Both the position numbers and the translations under genes were made by a program. 64,000 bases of DNA from an uncultured Phycisphaerales bacterium (GTDB lineage Bacteria > Planctomycetota > Phycisphaerae > Tepidisphaerales > Tepidisphaeraceae). Positions 40,601 through 50,737 of this stretch are shown piece after piece (position 1 is the stretch's first letter; each line of letters begins with the position of its first letter). The stretch is taken from NCBI GenBank assembly GCA_963758525.1, contig CAVWVQ010000003.1, positions 4,768,001-4,832,000 of the forward strand, read 5' to 3'. The notes under the pieces are model-generated. The model had not been told where the DNA came from and ran no database searches. It saw nothing but the letters and a program-made list of their open reading frames with translations.

Positions 40601-41844
40601 CCCTCATTGTCACGCATGGCCTCGGGCGCCATGTAGCCGGTGCTGGCGTCTTCCACGAGGTGTTCGAGGTGCAGCGTGGCGCTGACACCTTTGCCGCCGG
40701 GGCTGTTGGTGCTGCTGGCGATCTCGCGGGCAGCGGTCTGCCAGTTGAAGATCTTCAGGTCGGGTTCTGCGGCCGACGGATCGATGACGAGGATGCTCTG
40801 GGGTGAAAGGCTGCGGTGTTGTACGCCTTTGCCGTGAGCATACTTCATTGCTTCGGCGACCTGGCGCAGGAGAGAAAGTCGAATGTCTTCGCCAAACTTC
40901 CCCGCGTTCTCCGTGAGATAGTGGTCGAGGCGGACCGCCTTGGGATGGTGTTCAAAGATGAGTGCCGGGCCGAACTCGTTATCGGTGAATCCCTTCACGC
41001 CCAGGATGCCCCGGTGGCTCAGATTGTCGAGCACCTGATATTCACGCTTGGCGGCGCGAATGAGCATTTCCCGCTGTTCCTTCGAAGCCGCAGTTGAGAG
41101 CGTGTATCGCCGGATTCGGCGGCGCGTATCGGGGAGCGAAACGTGCACGCCTTCCCAATCCTGCCAGCCCGGCCCTTCCATGAGCAGCGTCTTGAGTCTG
41201 TAATCGGAGATGAGGCGATAGCGCTCCGACTGACGGATGCCAGCCTGATCCATCGCCCGGCTCACGCATCCCATGATCGCGCGATCGATTCGGGGTGTGC
41301 GGGACAGATCGACGCCCGGGATGTTGCCGTCGGTCAAAGCAGCAGTAATGCCGGGGCGTCCATCACGATCGGGCGTGGCGGCGCGATCCCGCGGGCAGAT
41401 GCGAGTGCGAGCGTGCTCGGGCAGTTCGATTTGCAGCCCCTGCGCAGAGACGAACAGCAGCGGTTCGAGATAGGGACAGCGATAATCCTTGAACGCCTTC
41501 TGATGTTTGAGCAGCCCGGCAAGCTTCTTGCTCTTGCTGTTCGCCAGCAGCAGCGGATTGTCAACCGTCTGCACCCGGCCCTCGTGCTTCCACGTCCAAC
41601 TTGCGGCATCGCCGGCAAGCGTGCCGGGATGGCTCTTCACTTCCACAAGAAAAAATCCGACCGGGGTGAGGAGCAGGACGTCGACTTCGTAGATACTGCC
41701 GTTGTCGGAGATGAAGTTGAAGCCCTGCCAGGCCAGATACGGATCGGAATCGGGGAGCAGACTGCGCAGATAATCAAACGCCTCCTGTTCCCAGGGAAAC
41801 TCCGATGGCGTAATCACTTTCCAGCGCGTCGGCCCCATCGCCAT
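37619..41844 (-). CDS. pglW: BREX-2 Ser/Thr kinase PglW, frameshifted between its two kinase domains (about 40273-40363)
   Basis: NERD domain (EVDVLL..VEVK), kinase 1 (HRSLSPQSIL, YMAPE), kinase 2 (IGSGSTSEV, HRDIKPDN, DFSL), RNAP alpha-CTD-like (KGVGNKT). Confidence 0.92.
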
Positions 41845-42035
41845 GAAGTGCTTCCTCGCGTCAAAGATGGGAGATCTTCCCGCCCTCCGAACGTCAGTCA
41901 GAGCGGAGAATCTACCGGAGCAGTGGGCATTCCGCCAGAAAGCAGAGAGGCACCGACAAGACCAGACCCACTCCCTGCTGGTTGCTCTCCTCGAAGGCAC
42001 GACGTCAAGCAAAAACCATATGCGTTCCGTCGTCT

Positions 42036-42566
42036 CTATCCGGGTTGCCCGTGCCGATTCAAGTGTTGTTGCGCGAGTGCTTCACGTCCCCGGTCGCGCA
42101 CCTCGTTTCGGACATGTTCCCATTGAAATCCCACTACAAGCCCGCTACGGCGGTAGAATTCAACCCTTTTTTTTAGATCCTCCCAGTAGCTTTTCCCAAA
42201 TTCTTTCGGCGTCCTTGGGTCGAAGTGCTGGAGCTGCCGAGCAAGGTATTCAAGACCAGCCTCGTATTCGAGGCGGTCCAGTTCGGCCCGGAGGTTCTCC
42301 ATGTCCTTGCGTACCTGTTCCCAGCGGTTCTCTCTTTCGCCCGGAGTCATTTCAGTCTTAAATCCTGGCCTGAAGCCATACGCCTCGTGCAGAGCGTCTC
42401 GGGACCTCGCTAACTCGTTCTCGAAGTCTTCAAGGGTGTAGCCCTCTGGGATTCCTTTGGCCTGCCAGTCCGCAATCCTCTGCTTATGGAGTTTCATCTG
42501 CCTCGCCGATGCCGCCGCTATCAGGGAACGCGTGCTCTTCATCAATGCGCCTCCAGCACTGGACAA
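42036..42566 (-). CDS. Hypothetical helical protein
   Basis: 176-aa ORF; GGAGG RBS before internal ATG (MKSTRS); no recognised motif. Confidence 0.5.
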   Translation of the reverse strand: MSSAGGALMKSTRSLIAAASARQMKLHKQRIADWQAKGIPEGYTLEDFENELARSRDALHEAYGFRPGFKTEMTPGERENRWEQVRKDMENLRAELDRLEYEAGLEYLARQLQHFDPRTPKEFGKSYWEDLKKRVEFYRRSGLVVGFQWEHVRNEVRDRGREALAQQHLNRHGQPG

Positions 42567-42705
42567 TCACATCTCGCTGACAACAGTCTGTCAGGGCGTT
42601 GCGATAATCGTCTCAAACAAGCTCCGGCAGGAAGTCCTCTATTCGAGTACGATGATGGCAAATCGATGCTTACTCAAATCATCCGGCTTTCGGAGGATAC
42701 CTTCA

Positions 42706-43524
42706 ATGGCTGATAGACAACTCCCGATTCGTGTCTTGCCGATGAGTTCTAATGAACCAGAGTTTCAGGGCAAGACCGCGCAGGAGATACAAGCTGAATT
42801 CTTTCTCGGCACCCTTCGGACGAGTGAGGAACCGGGAAAATACTACTATCACAGCAGCGGCCTCGATGCGGACCCGGGAACCGTGGTTCTGTTTCAGTAT
42901 GAAGGCCAGATAATCGCCAGCGCCGTGTTAATCGGCATCGAGCGGTTTGATGAGACGGAAGAGGGGTATAGAGGGGCCTTTCAGTTTGACGTCGGCTCTA
43001 TCCGCGTGTTCGACCCGGTCAACGCGGCTCGGATGAAAAAGATCTGGCCAACGGATTTCAAGAAATTCAGTCATGCCAAGCCCTCGCTCGACCCAGCTGC
43101 TTATTCGAGATTCGAGCGGCAACTGACGGGCATTCAACTGACGCCAGAGCCAATATCGGAAGCCTCTGATCTTGCTGCTCCACCAGCGGATCGCGTTCAG
43201 ACAATGGTGACGCGCATCGTACGCGATACCCGGCTCACGAATCGCGTGAAGAGGTTGCACCAGTACGAGTGTCAACTCTGCGGCCATGCCGTCGCCCTTG
43301 CAAATGGCGAACTCTATGCCGAGGGGCACCATATCCAGCCGTTAGGCGCACCCCACAACGGTCCGGATGCCATCGCCAACATTGTTTGCCTTTGCCCCAA
43401 CCATCACGCGGCATGTGATTTTGGTGCATTGCGTCTGGACATGGCTCAATTGCGGCGCGTAGCAGGACACCACGTCTCTCGGAAATACATCGATTACCAC
43501 AACCAGGCGATCTGTCGTATCTGA
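42706..43524 (+). CDS. HNH endonuclease with N-terminal EVE/PUA-like domain
   Basis: GGAGGA RBS; CQLC..YAEGHHIQPL..NIVCLCPNHH; N-terminal GTVVLFQYEGQIIASA. Confidence 0.82.
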   Translation: MADRQLPIRVLPMSSNEPEFQGKTAQEIQAEFFLGTLRTSEEPGKYYYHSSGLDADPGTVVLFQYEGQIIASAVLIGIERFDETEEGYRGAFQFDVGSIRVFDPVNAARMKKIWPTDFKKFSHAKPSLDPAAYSRFERQLTGIQLTPEPISEASDLAAPPADRVQTMVTRIVRDTRLTNRVKRLHQYECQLCGHAVALANGELYAEGHHIQPLGAPHNGPDAIANIVCLCPNHHAACDFGALRLDMAQLRRVAGHHVSRKYIDYHNQAICRI

Positions 43525-43913
43525 TACTTTAAGCGATGAAAATTTCGCACAGCCAATCCTGCACCGGCGTTGCCGCGAAACTGATTTGGATTGAGGCCAG
43601 CGGCGATTAGACCATTCCGCCAATTACCGTGGCGTAGGTGGCGGCGTGGTAAAGCGGCCTGTCTTCGCGTTGGACTGAAGAGGCGTTGATCGCCTGGCCC
43701 TCGCGTTGCCGCCATAGGATTGCAAGCGTGACGCCCACAGATGATGAAAGCCCCGGCTCGGAACAGGCCCAGCGGGTTCAAGGTGCATCAGCATGCATGG
43801 AGATTCATTCGCTGGGGCGGGCCTTCGGGGACGATGATGTTTCCCAGTTGGGAAATCGGCCGAAAGACCCACGAGTCGGCATAGTTCGTCTTCAGGATAA
43901 GGGCAGTTCGCAA

Positions 43914-44189
43914 TCAATGGCGTCCCCGTCGCCTCGCTGGTGTCAGTTCGGCAATGAACCGCGCCAGTTTCGTCGCCTCGCCCACGGGTTCTACCCCACA
44001 CGCCCGGCAAATCTGAATGAACTCCACGAGATCTACTCTGCGCTGCCCCGTTTCGATGCGCCCGACAAGGTTCTGCTCGCGGCCCAGGGCATCGGCCAAC
44101 TGGCGCTGTGTGAGGCCCGCCTGCCGCCGTAGTTCTTTCACCGCGGTGACGATTTCCCGGTGAGCAGCGGTGAAAAGCGATGCAGGCAT
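43914..44189 (-). CDS. XRE-family HTH regulator
   Basis: LRRQAGLTQRQLADALGREQNLVGRIETGQRRVDLVEF. Confidence 0.9.
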   Translation of the reverse strand: MPASLFTAAHREIVTAVKELRRQAGLTQRQLADALGREQNLVGRIETGQRRVDLVEFIQICRACGVEPVGEATKLARFIAELTPARRRGRH

Positions 44190-44400
44190 CGCCCAGCATG
44201 GTCATCGCACTTTCTGTTTGATCGCAAAATGCGATTGAGATATGCTTCGTGCGTCTACCTTCGCGCAACGTCCGCTGGAATCGAATGAACAAGCGGAACG
44301 TGCATCTTTTTTCGGGGAATGAGCATGGAATGGAGTCTCTGGGGTTTCATTACCTGGTGTCACGGGAAATATCGTCGGGGGGAAGGGTTGAGGGGCTTCG

Positions 44401-44943
44401 ATGCGTGAACAGCATGGCGGGCGGCAATACAACCGCGTGGGGGACACGGCGAAATGTCCGGCGTGTGGCTGGCGATTGGACCCGGAAGCATACCGCTGTC
44501 CGAAATGCTACATCTACTTCTGTTTCAAATGCCGGGCAAGGGTGGCGGAGCGGGAGCCACAATTTCAATGCGCGAATCAGCAGTGCTCGTGCTATGGCAA
44601 GCTCCTCTGTGCTGCCTGCACGGTCATGGTGCCGGAGTTCGAAGACATTACTCGAATCGCGACACCTCAGCATGTTGTCAAAACCGGTGACAACTGGGGA
44701 TTCGCAGCGTTGATCGCGCCTCTTATAGTCGGCGTCCTGATCTGGGTGGTATTTCCGTTCTGGGTTGGGATTGGAAGCGCAATTGGCGCGTTCGTCTTGG
44801 TGCTTGTCACACTCCGCAAGGCCGGATCCACTTGGTTTTCAAATACCAAATTGATACCGGCGACGATGGTTACAAGTAAGGAGAAGGTAGCCGAGCATCG
44901 TTGTTGCATTCAATGCAGACGTCCGAGCAAGACCCTGCGTTGA
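44401..44943 (+). CDS. Cys-rich zinc-finger membrane protein
   Basis: Several CxxC motifs, two TM helices, terminal CCIQC. Confidence 0.7.
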   Translation: MREQHGGRQYNRVGDTAKCPACGWRLDPEAYRCPKCYIYFCFKCRARVAEREPQFQCANQQCSCYGKLLCAACTVMVPEFEDITRIATPQHVVKTGDNWGFAALIAPLIVGVLIWVVFPFWVGIGSAIGAFVLVLVTLRKAGSTWFSNTKLIPATMVTSKEKVAEHRCCIQCRRPSKTLR

Positions 44944-44958
44944 GCTGCGGAGGCCGAA

Positions 44959-45240
44959 ATGGGACGATCACGGAAGGGTGGACGAAGGAAGCGAGAATAT
45001 GGTTTCAGTGGGCCGCGGCATCGCTGGGCGTGGGGACCGATCACCAGAGGCGCAGGCATAAGTGGGCGCGAGAAGCGACAGTTTTTCAACCAGATCAGCG
45101 CCGCAATGATATTGGCAGCAGGGTTGGTGGGGGCGTTATTTGGCTATTCATTGCTTGGTTGGATCGGCGCTCTCATTGGGCTCGTCGTTGCTACAGGTCT
45201 TATGCGTACGTTCGTCGTCGGTGGGCGCTTTTATAGATGA
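44959..45240 (+). CDS. Small membrane protein
   Basis: Two Gly-rich hydrophobic helices; GGAGG RBS. Confidence 0.6.
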   Translation: MGRSRKGGRRKREYGFSGPRHRWAWGPITRGAGISGREKRQFFNQISAAMILAAGLVGALFGYSLLGWIGALIGLVVATGLMRTFVVGGRFYR

Positions 45241-45484
45241 TGCAGCCTCCGAACCCATTCACCGCCGTCGCGGTCTCCCTATTTCCGTGGGCAAAATAGA
45301 TTCTCTCATCGAATTCTGGATCGTCCAATACCGGCGTGTGTTGACTCTGGAACAGCATAGCCCGAAGGCGGCCGTCGTGAGCCGTGGCGAATGCTGGCAG
45401 AATGCGGCAAGGAACTAAAAAAAGTGAGCGGCTGCCGGGTCAAAACCCACCAGCGAGAACGCTCACTATCAGACGGCTCTGTCC

Positions 45485-46105
45485 TCACATCGCCCACTCA
45501 ATGCTCACCGTCCATCCGAGGTTGCGCAGAAACGCAATGAGCGCCCCCTCGGTCTGCACACGGCAGCGTTGAATTAATTCAGGGTTTTGTCCCGCAACGT
45601 CCACGGCCTTCTGTGCCTCGCGCATTGCGCGGTTGATCGCGACGGCGTCAGCATCGCCGCCGCCCGGCGTGATGGCCCACAGCCCGCGCTCCCATACACC
45701 CACGAGCTTCGTCCGATCCTGGTCCAACCTGGCGGACTGCACCGTAGGTTGCGGTAGACGTAGGACCGCTGATCGGTTGTCGCGGTCCATTTGTTGGAAG
45801 CTCGCCGCAGACAAGTCCACACCCAGCGTCACATCTCCCCGCACGACCAGGACGGTTGTGATGCTCCCGGTTTTACCGGGCAGTTCGTTCACGATAGCGT
45901 CTGCTACATCCACACGCAGCGTCGTCAGCGACGAGAGCCCCACAATCTTCTCAATCGTCGGTGCGGAGTCCGGGGTTTGAATCTGAGTTGCCGGTTCCGG
46001 CGAGCGATTCCGCAGCTTCCACACCGCCATCGCCAACAATACCAGCGCCGCCAGAACCACTCCCCTCCAGAACAGCTTGATCACTTTTCTCCCTTCCGCG
46101 GACAT
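45485..46105 (-). CDS. DUF4230-like membrane-anchored protein
   Basis: N-terminal TM; SLTTL, VVRGDVTLGVDL, LRLPQP motifs; start uncertain. Confidence 0.7.
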   Translation of the reverse strand: MSAEGRKVIKLFWRGVVLAALVLLAMAVWKLRNRSPEPATQIQTPDSAPTIEKIVGLSSLTTLRVDVADAIVNELPGKTGSITTVLVVRGDVTLGVDLSAASFQQMDRDNRSAVLRLPQPTVQSARLDQDRTKLVGVWERGLWAITPGGGDADAVAINRAMREAQKAVDVAGQNPELIQRCRVQTEGALIAFLRNLGWTVSIEWAM

Positions 46106-46262
46106 GCTCGACCGCGCGCTGGCGGTCCAGACACCCGATGAACGCCAGCAAGACATAGAACACGACTACAAACAAGATCACTGCTTTCATGCATGCTCCT
46201 TCCAAAACCAAAGCCCCCGGAAAGATCCGGCAAAGCCAGAACCATCCGGGGGCGCAGAACAC

Positions 46263-46505
46263 TTACAGTTTCAGCAAATGAGCCGTGAGCCAGATATTCT
46301 CCGCTGCGAGGGCCTCGCTGCGTTTGGCAAATGGTCCCAGCGTCGGACCATTCACGGGAGAAAGGTCCGCCCACCACCGACCGTCACGATCTGGCTCGAC
46401 ATGGCTCCCTCGCCGCACCTGAACATCGCCGAGGCAAGCGAGATCTATTTCCTCCCCGTAAATTGCCATACCTTTGCCGTCGGGTTTGATCACCAGTTCC
46501 ATCAC
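46263..46505 (-). CDS. Small hypothetical protein of the AAA module
   Basis: IYGEEIDL..LG...RRGSHVEP..GRWWADL..GPF..RSEAL; overlaps upstream stop. Confidence 0.7.
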   Translation of the reverse strand: MMELVIKPDGKGMAIYGEEIDLACLGDVQVRRGSHVEPDRDGRWWADLSPVNGPTLGPFAKRSEALAAENIWLTAHLLKL

Positions 46506-47461
46506 GCCTCCCGGACTCTGCCCCGGAGAATGCGCCGGCGCGGCTGATCCACCAGCATCTGATCAAGGCTTGCCTGCACGCCGGAGAGTTGCGTTGTGAT
46601 GTGCTGGCGCAGACTAGAACTATTTCTGACGATGTGCGGATCGGCACCCTGCACGGCCTGCCGGGCGGTTTCCACCAGGCGGTCGAGAGACGCATCCGAG
46701 CTGACATTGAGGCTCTTGAACCGCTCGAAGAACTCCGTGAGGTTGGTCAGCGCAGTATCGCGGAAGATCTTCCGCTCGCCGTCAACGCCCTCGCGGAGGC
46801 GCTCGGTGAGATGTGACACGAGCTTCGAGAACTCGGTGATGAACGCCTCTTCCGCAAGCTTCACCGCTTCATCAAACCTCGCCGCGATACGCTGGCGCTC
46901 CTGCTGGTACAAATGAGGATTCAGCCGCAGCAGGTATTCCGGCGGCTCGACCGACGGGAAATCAAACTCCACCCCGAAGAGCCCGAGCAACGTGGACGGG
47001 TAGTCCGCCGGGTTGAACAGGCTGCCCAGCCGATCGCGGGCGGCGTTCCTGAGTTGCTCGAAATGCTGATCGAGATTCTCAACCGCGGCGGTTAGCTGAT
47101 CCCGCATCTCGCTCATGCGGGCGTTGAAACCCTCAAGGTCGTCCTGACGCATCAGCCGTATACCCGGCTCGGGGTATGGGATGGTCAGCCCCTTCCAGTA
47201 AGACAGGATCTGCGAGCGGATGCTCGTCACCTGCTGGAAGGCTTCGTGCTTGGTGTCGAGCAGCTTCTTGGCGGCGGAGAGGTATTGTCCCTCGGCGCCA
47301 AACTGTTCTGCGGCCTGGGCTTTCTGTTCGGTGCTCAATGATTTGCGGACGCCAAACCAGGTGAAGGCGACACGCACGGCAGCGAAGTGAAGGCGCAGCC
47401 GCTGGGCGGCGGAAGTTGCCGACGCGGAACGCCGGCTGGATCGTTCAACGGTCATGGTCAT
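46502..47461 (-). CDS. DUF3150-like helical protein
   Basis: SAAKKLLD, TIPYPEPGIRL, LFNPADYP; GGAG RBS; downstream of AAA ATPase. Confidence 0.65.
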   Translation of the reverse strand: MTMTVERSSRRSASATSAAQRLRLHFAAVRVAFTWFGVRKSLSTEQKAQAAEQFGAEGQYLSAAKKLLDTKHEAFQQVTSIRSQILSYWKGLTIPYPEPGIRLMRQDDLEGFNARMSEMRDQLTAAVENLDQHFEQLRNAARDRLGSLFNPADYPSTLLGLFGVEFDFPSVEPPEYLLRLNPHLYQQERQRIAARFDEAVKLAEEAFITEFSKLVSHLTERLREGVDGERKIFRDTALTNLTEFFERFKSLNVSSDASLDRLVETARQAVQGADPHIVRNSSSLRQHITTQLSGVQASLDQMLVDQPRRRILRGRVREA

Positions 47462-47690
47462 GTGATCTCCTTGTAAAAAACCGGATTTCATGCGAGCGGC
47501 GGCTCACAGGTTCGGGCACCTGAAGTCGTTCGCTCTGTCGTGGAAGCTCACGGAAATTGCCCCGATTGGAAAAGAGAATTACAGTTTTGGCGTCGGCGGT
47601 GTCCCCGGAGAAGGTTCTCCCCCCTTCCTTCTCCAACCGCCGTTTTTTTTGCGCTATGCCGACCCGTCGAGTGAGCGACACCCGCTTTTC

Positions 47691-49190
47691 TCAGTTGGCG
47701 GTGGATCGTGCTACTCGTCGGATACTCGACGCCGGTTCACCGTTGTCACGGATGTAGATTCCCGGTCGGCTGGCATGCAGGCACCTGCCACTGGCCCAGG
47801 CCCGTAGCCGTTCCACCGATTCGGCGGCGCTGACAGACACCGGGACGACGTTGTGGGCAGCTTCCTTCAGGGGGATGTCCAGAAGGGCAGCCAACCGGCA
47901 GCAGGATTGAATTTCCGCCCCAGTCCAGCCCTCGTCGACGGGACGGGCATTGGCGGTTCCCGCAGTCAGGCCGTACTTGCTCAGATAGATCGGCCAGATT
48001 GCTTCACGCTCGGGCGCTGACGGCAGATCGATGTAGAAGATGCCATCGAATCTTTCCGCCCGCCCAAACTCCGGTGGCAACTTCGAGATGTCATTCGCGG
48101 TCGTCACGCAGAAAACATCGCTGGTGTGATCCGCCAGCCATGTGAGGAAACTTCCGAACATGCGGGCGCTCACGCCGCTGTCTGTTTGGCCGCTGGAAGA
48201 AACACCCGCGAATGCTTTGTCCAACTCGTCAAGATAAAGCACAGCGGGACTCATCGCATCGATGATCCGCAGCGCCTGTCTGACGCGCTCTTCGGTCTGG
48301 CCGACCAGTGAACCCATGAGCGAGCCGATATCGAGGATCAGTGTGGGCCGCCCGGTCTCATTACCCAGTGATTTGCAGAATTGCGATTTGCCACACCCCG
48401 GTGGCGAGAGGAGCAAAATTCCCCGCGCGCGAGCATTGGTTTTACGCCGGCTGGCGTTGATCGCCCGGGTGCAAAAGCTCTTGAGTGAATCCAATCCGCC
48501 GAGATCGGCGAACTTCTCGTCCCCGCGATGCAGCGAGAGCAGTCCCGACTTTTTGAGCATGCCGGTCTTCAGCTCCCAGATCGCTTCGGGCTGGAGCTTC
48601 CCGTGCCGCACAAGTGACAGGCTGTACGCGCCTTCGGCCTCAAACCGCGTGAGCCCCGATGCGGCATCGATAAGCCGCTGCAGGTCATCGCCGTTGGGCA
48701 TCTCGTCTTTTTCCGTTGCAATGCCACTGGCAATGGTCTGGAGCTGCTCGCGGTCGGGAAGCTCATGCTCCAGGACGACAAAGCTTTTCTCCAGCTCGAT
48801 GGGGATCTGCACGACGGGCGAGAGAATCACGATGAACGTGCGGTTGTTCTTGCCGGCCTGAATCTGGTGAGCCAGCGCCTGCACCAACTCAGCCGACTGG
48901 AGGAACCGATGGAAGTTGGGGAGTACCAGCAGCGCCGAACTGTCAGGCTTGGCAAGAGCGTTCAGCGTCCGGATGGCGGCGAGGGGGTCGTTCGCGGTAC
49001 CGGCGGGTGGGGTACCGGAACTGTTGCCGGCGTTCAGGCCGCGGTCGATATCCCACACCGCCAGGGACCACTTATTTTGGCGGGCGAGTTGGGCGATGTC
49101 GCGCAGGGCATCGTGATGTTCCGCCGACTGTATCCAGATGCCGGTGAAAGCAGCAGCGATGTATTCGGACAGACGTTGAGTTAGCGTCAT
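47691..49190 (-). CDS. Ycf46-like AAA+ ATPase
   Basis: DLGGLDSLK, SPPGCGKS, LYLDELDK, TTAND, LPPEFGRAERFD, TGAEI. Confidence 0.9.
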   Translation of the reverse strand: MTLTQRLSEYIAAAFTGIWIQSAEHHDALRDIAQLARQNKWSLAVWDIDRGLNAGNSSGTPPAGTANDPLAAIRTLNALAKPDSSALLVLPNFHRFLQSAELVQALAHQIQAGKNNRTFIVILSPVVQIPIELEKSFVVLEHELPDREQLQTIASGIATEKDEMPNGDDLQRLIDAASGLTRFEAEGAYSLSLVRHGKLQPEAIWELKTGMLKKSGLLSLHRGDEKFADLGGLDSLKSFCTRAINASRRKTNARARGILLLSPPGCGKSQFCKSLGNETGRPTLILDIGSLMGSLVGQTEERVRQALRIIDAMSPAVLYLDELDKAFAGVSSSGQTDSGVSARMFGSFLTWLADHTSDVFCVTTANDISKLPPEFGRAERFDGIFYIDLPSAPEREAIWPIYLSKYGLTAGTANARPVDEGWTGAEIQSCCRLAALLDIPLKEAAHNVVPVSVSAAESVERLRAWASGRCLHASRPGIYIRDNGEPASSIRRVARSTAN

Positions 49191-49490
49191 GAAGCTTCTC
49201 CTTTGGATTGGGGGGCCTGGAAACGTGAGGAATCGATGCGAAACGATGTGCAAGCTGTAGCGGTGGCTGTCACACTGAACTGGATGGACCAGTCACTGCT
49301 ATCGAATAGTTGAACGGCGCACCCACCGGTAGTTGTGGTGTTCGGACAGCCGCTAAAGGTGATCGCGGCACTATCTGCGAGATTTGACAAAGCCGGACCG
49401 AAGAGCAATGTACGCACACTGCGTCGGGAGTTTGCAATCCGCAGCATCGCAGCTTGGAATCCCGTTCAATCTGCGGCCGAAAGGGAACGC

Positions 49491-50051
49491 ATGCGTAACC
49501 ACATAATTGCTGGCGTTATCACGTTGCTTGGCGTTGTTTGGACCACTGCAGGACTCGCTCACGGTCAAGCGAAACCGGAAGCGCAGCCAGGTGGTGGCCT
49601 GAACCAGTCAGAAGAATTGGCCAAGAAGTATCTGGACGGGTTCCGCGAGAGTGGCGTTCCAACTCCAGGATCGGTCGATGCGGCCCTGAAGCAGGCCGAG
49701 TCGAAGAAGACGATCGAAGCGTGGCAAATGGCGGCAAAGTTGGCGAACTCGTATGCCAACGTCGTGGATGTTTTGTGTGCCCACTACTCGAAGCTTTTCT
49801 CCGCATCACGTTCGGGCAGCGGTGACGGCAACATGGCCTTCATCTCGACCGCTGCCGATTATGAGACAAAGCGGAACGTTTATCTAGGCATTAGGAATGC
49901 GGCGTATCTTCGAATTGCGCGGCTGTATCTCGGACAAGGGGATAAGGCTCAGGCGTTGAGCTTCGCGGTCACATCCGTCGAATTGTCTGGCAGCGAACCG
50001 AACTTGGAAGGGGAAGTTTTGATTCGCCAGATCATTGAGTACAAGCCTTAG
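49491..50051 (+). CDS. Secreted helical (TPR-like) hypothetical protein
   Basis: Signal peptide MRNHIIAGVITLLGVVWTTAGLAHG; antisense to the surrounding operon. Confidence 0.65.
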   Translation: MRNHIIAGVITLLGVVWTTAGLAHGQAKPEAQPGGGLNQSEELAKKYLDGFRESGVPTPGSVDAALKQAESKKTIEAWQMAAKLANSYANVVDVLCAHYSKLFSASRSGSGDGNMAFISTAADYETKRNVYLGIRNAAYLRIARLYLGQGDKAQALSFAVTSVELSGSEPNLEGEVLIRQIIEYKP

Positions 50052-50102
50052 AACGGCAATTGCGCGCGGATGTCATTGTAGTAAAACGAAGTGGTCGGTG
50101 TG

Positions 50103-50306
50103 TCAGCCATTGCCCTGACGAACGGATTCTTCGACGGCCTGGGTCTGATACATCTCGGCAGTGGGTTTGTCGGTCTGCACGATGCCCAGCGCCCGCTCGA
50201 TCGCTTTGCTGGCATCGCGGCAAGATGAGCCCCTGAATCCCTTCGTCTGGACCGTCATTTCGCCCGTGGGAGAAACAGTCACCTCGATGGTTTGATGGGT
50301 GTTCAA
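50103..50306 (-). CDS. DUF2997 domain protein
   Basis: IEVTVSPTGE..VQTKGFRGSSC.DAS..IERALG. Confidence 0.85.
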   Translation of the reverse strand: MNTHQTIEVTVSPTGEMTVQTKGFRGSSCRDASKAIERALGIVQTDKPTAEMYQTQAVEESVRQGNG

Positions 50307-50671
50307 GCGGCACCTCCCACGCTGATTGTCAGCTTGATCGAGCCATCGGAGAGAAGCTGCTCGGAGATGCTGTTCCCGGCCCGGCGCGCTTCAATAGCCG
50401 CCTTTTCCACGGCGTACGCCTGGAGCAGCTTGTCCAACTCAGACTGAGCCCCCCAGCGCCCGTGGTAGTTGTCGAACTGGACGCCGCCGGTGGAACTATC
50501 AATCACAACTGGATAGTTCCAGCCGGGCAGCTTCACGATGAGCCCCGTCGCCTCGCCGGAGAAGAGCTTCGCCGTGCCTAAGAGGGGCTCGGGAAGTTTC
50601 AACCTTCGGCAGGCGGCAGACACGCCACCCCGATCAGTAAGTTTTGTCTTGATGCTCACGATATGGGACAT
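50303..50671 (-). CDS. DUF1257 (Ycf35-like) domain protein
   Basis: MSHIVSIKTKL, LLQAYA, DGSIKLTI. Confidence 0.82.
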   Translation of the reverse strand: MSHIVSIKTKLTDRGGVSAACRRLKLPEPLLGTAKLFSGEATGLIVKLPGWNYPVVIDSSTGGVQFDNYHGRWGAQSELDKLLQAYAVEKAAIEARRAGNSISEQLLSDGSIKLTISVGGAA

Positions 50672-50737
50672 GAGTAGCACCTCTTTTTTAGGTTTGAAAT
50701 AGGAAGATCGCGACAACAGTCGCGAAATGTTTGGATT

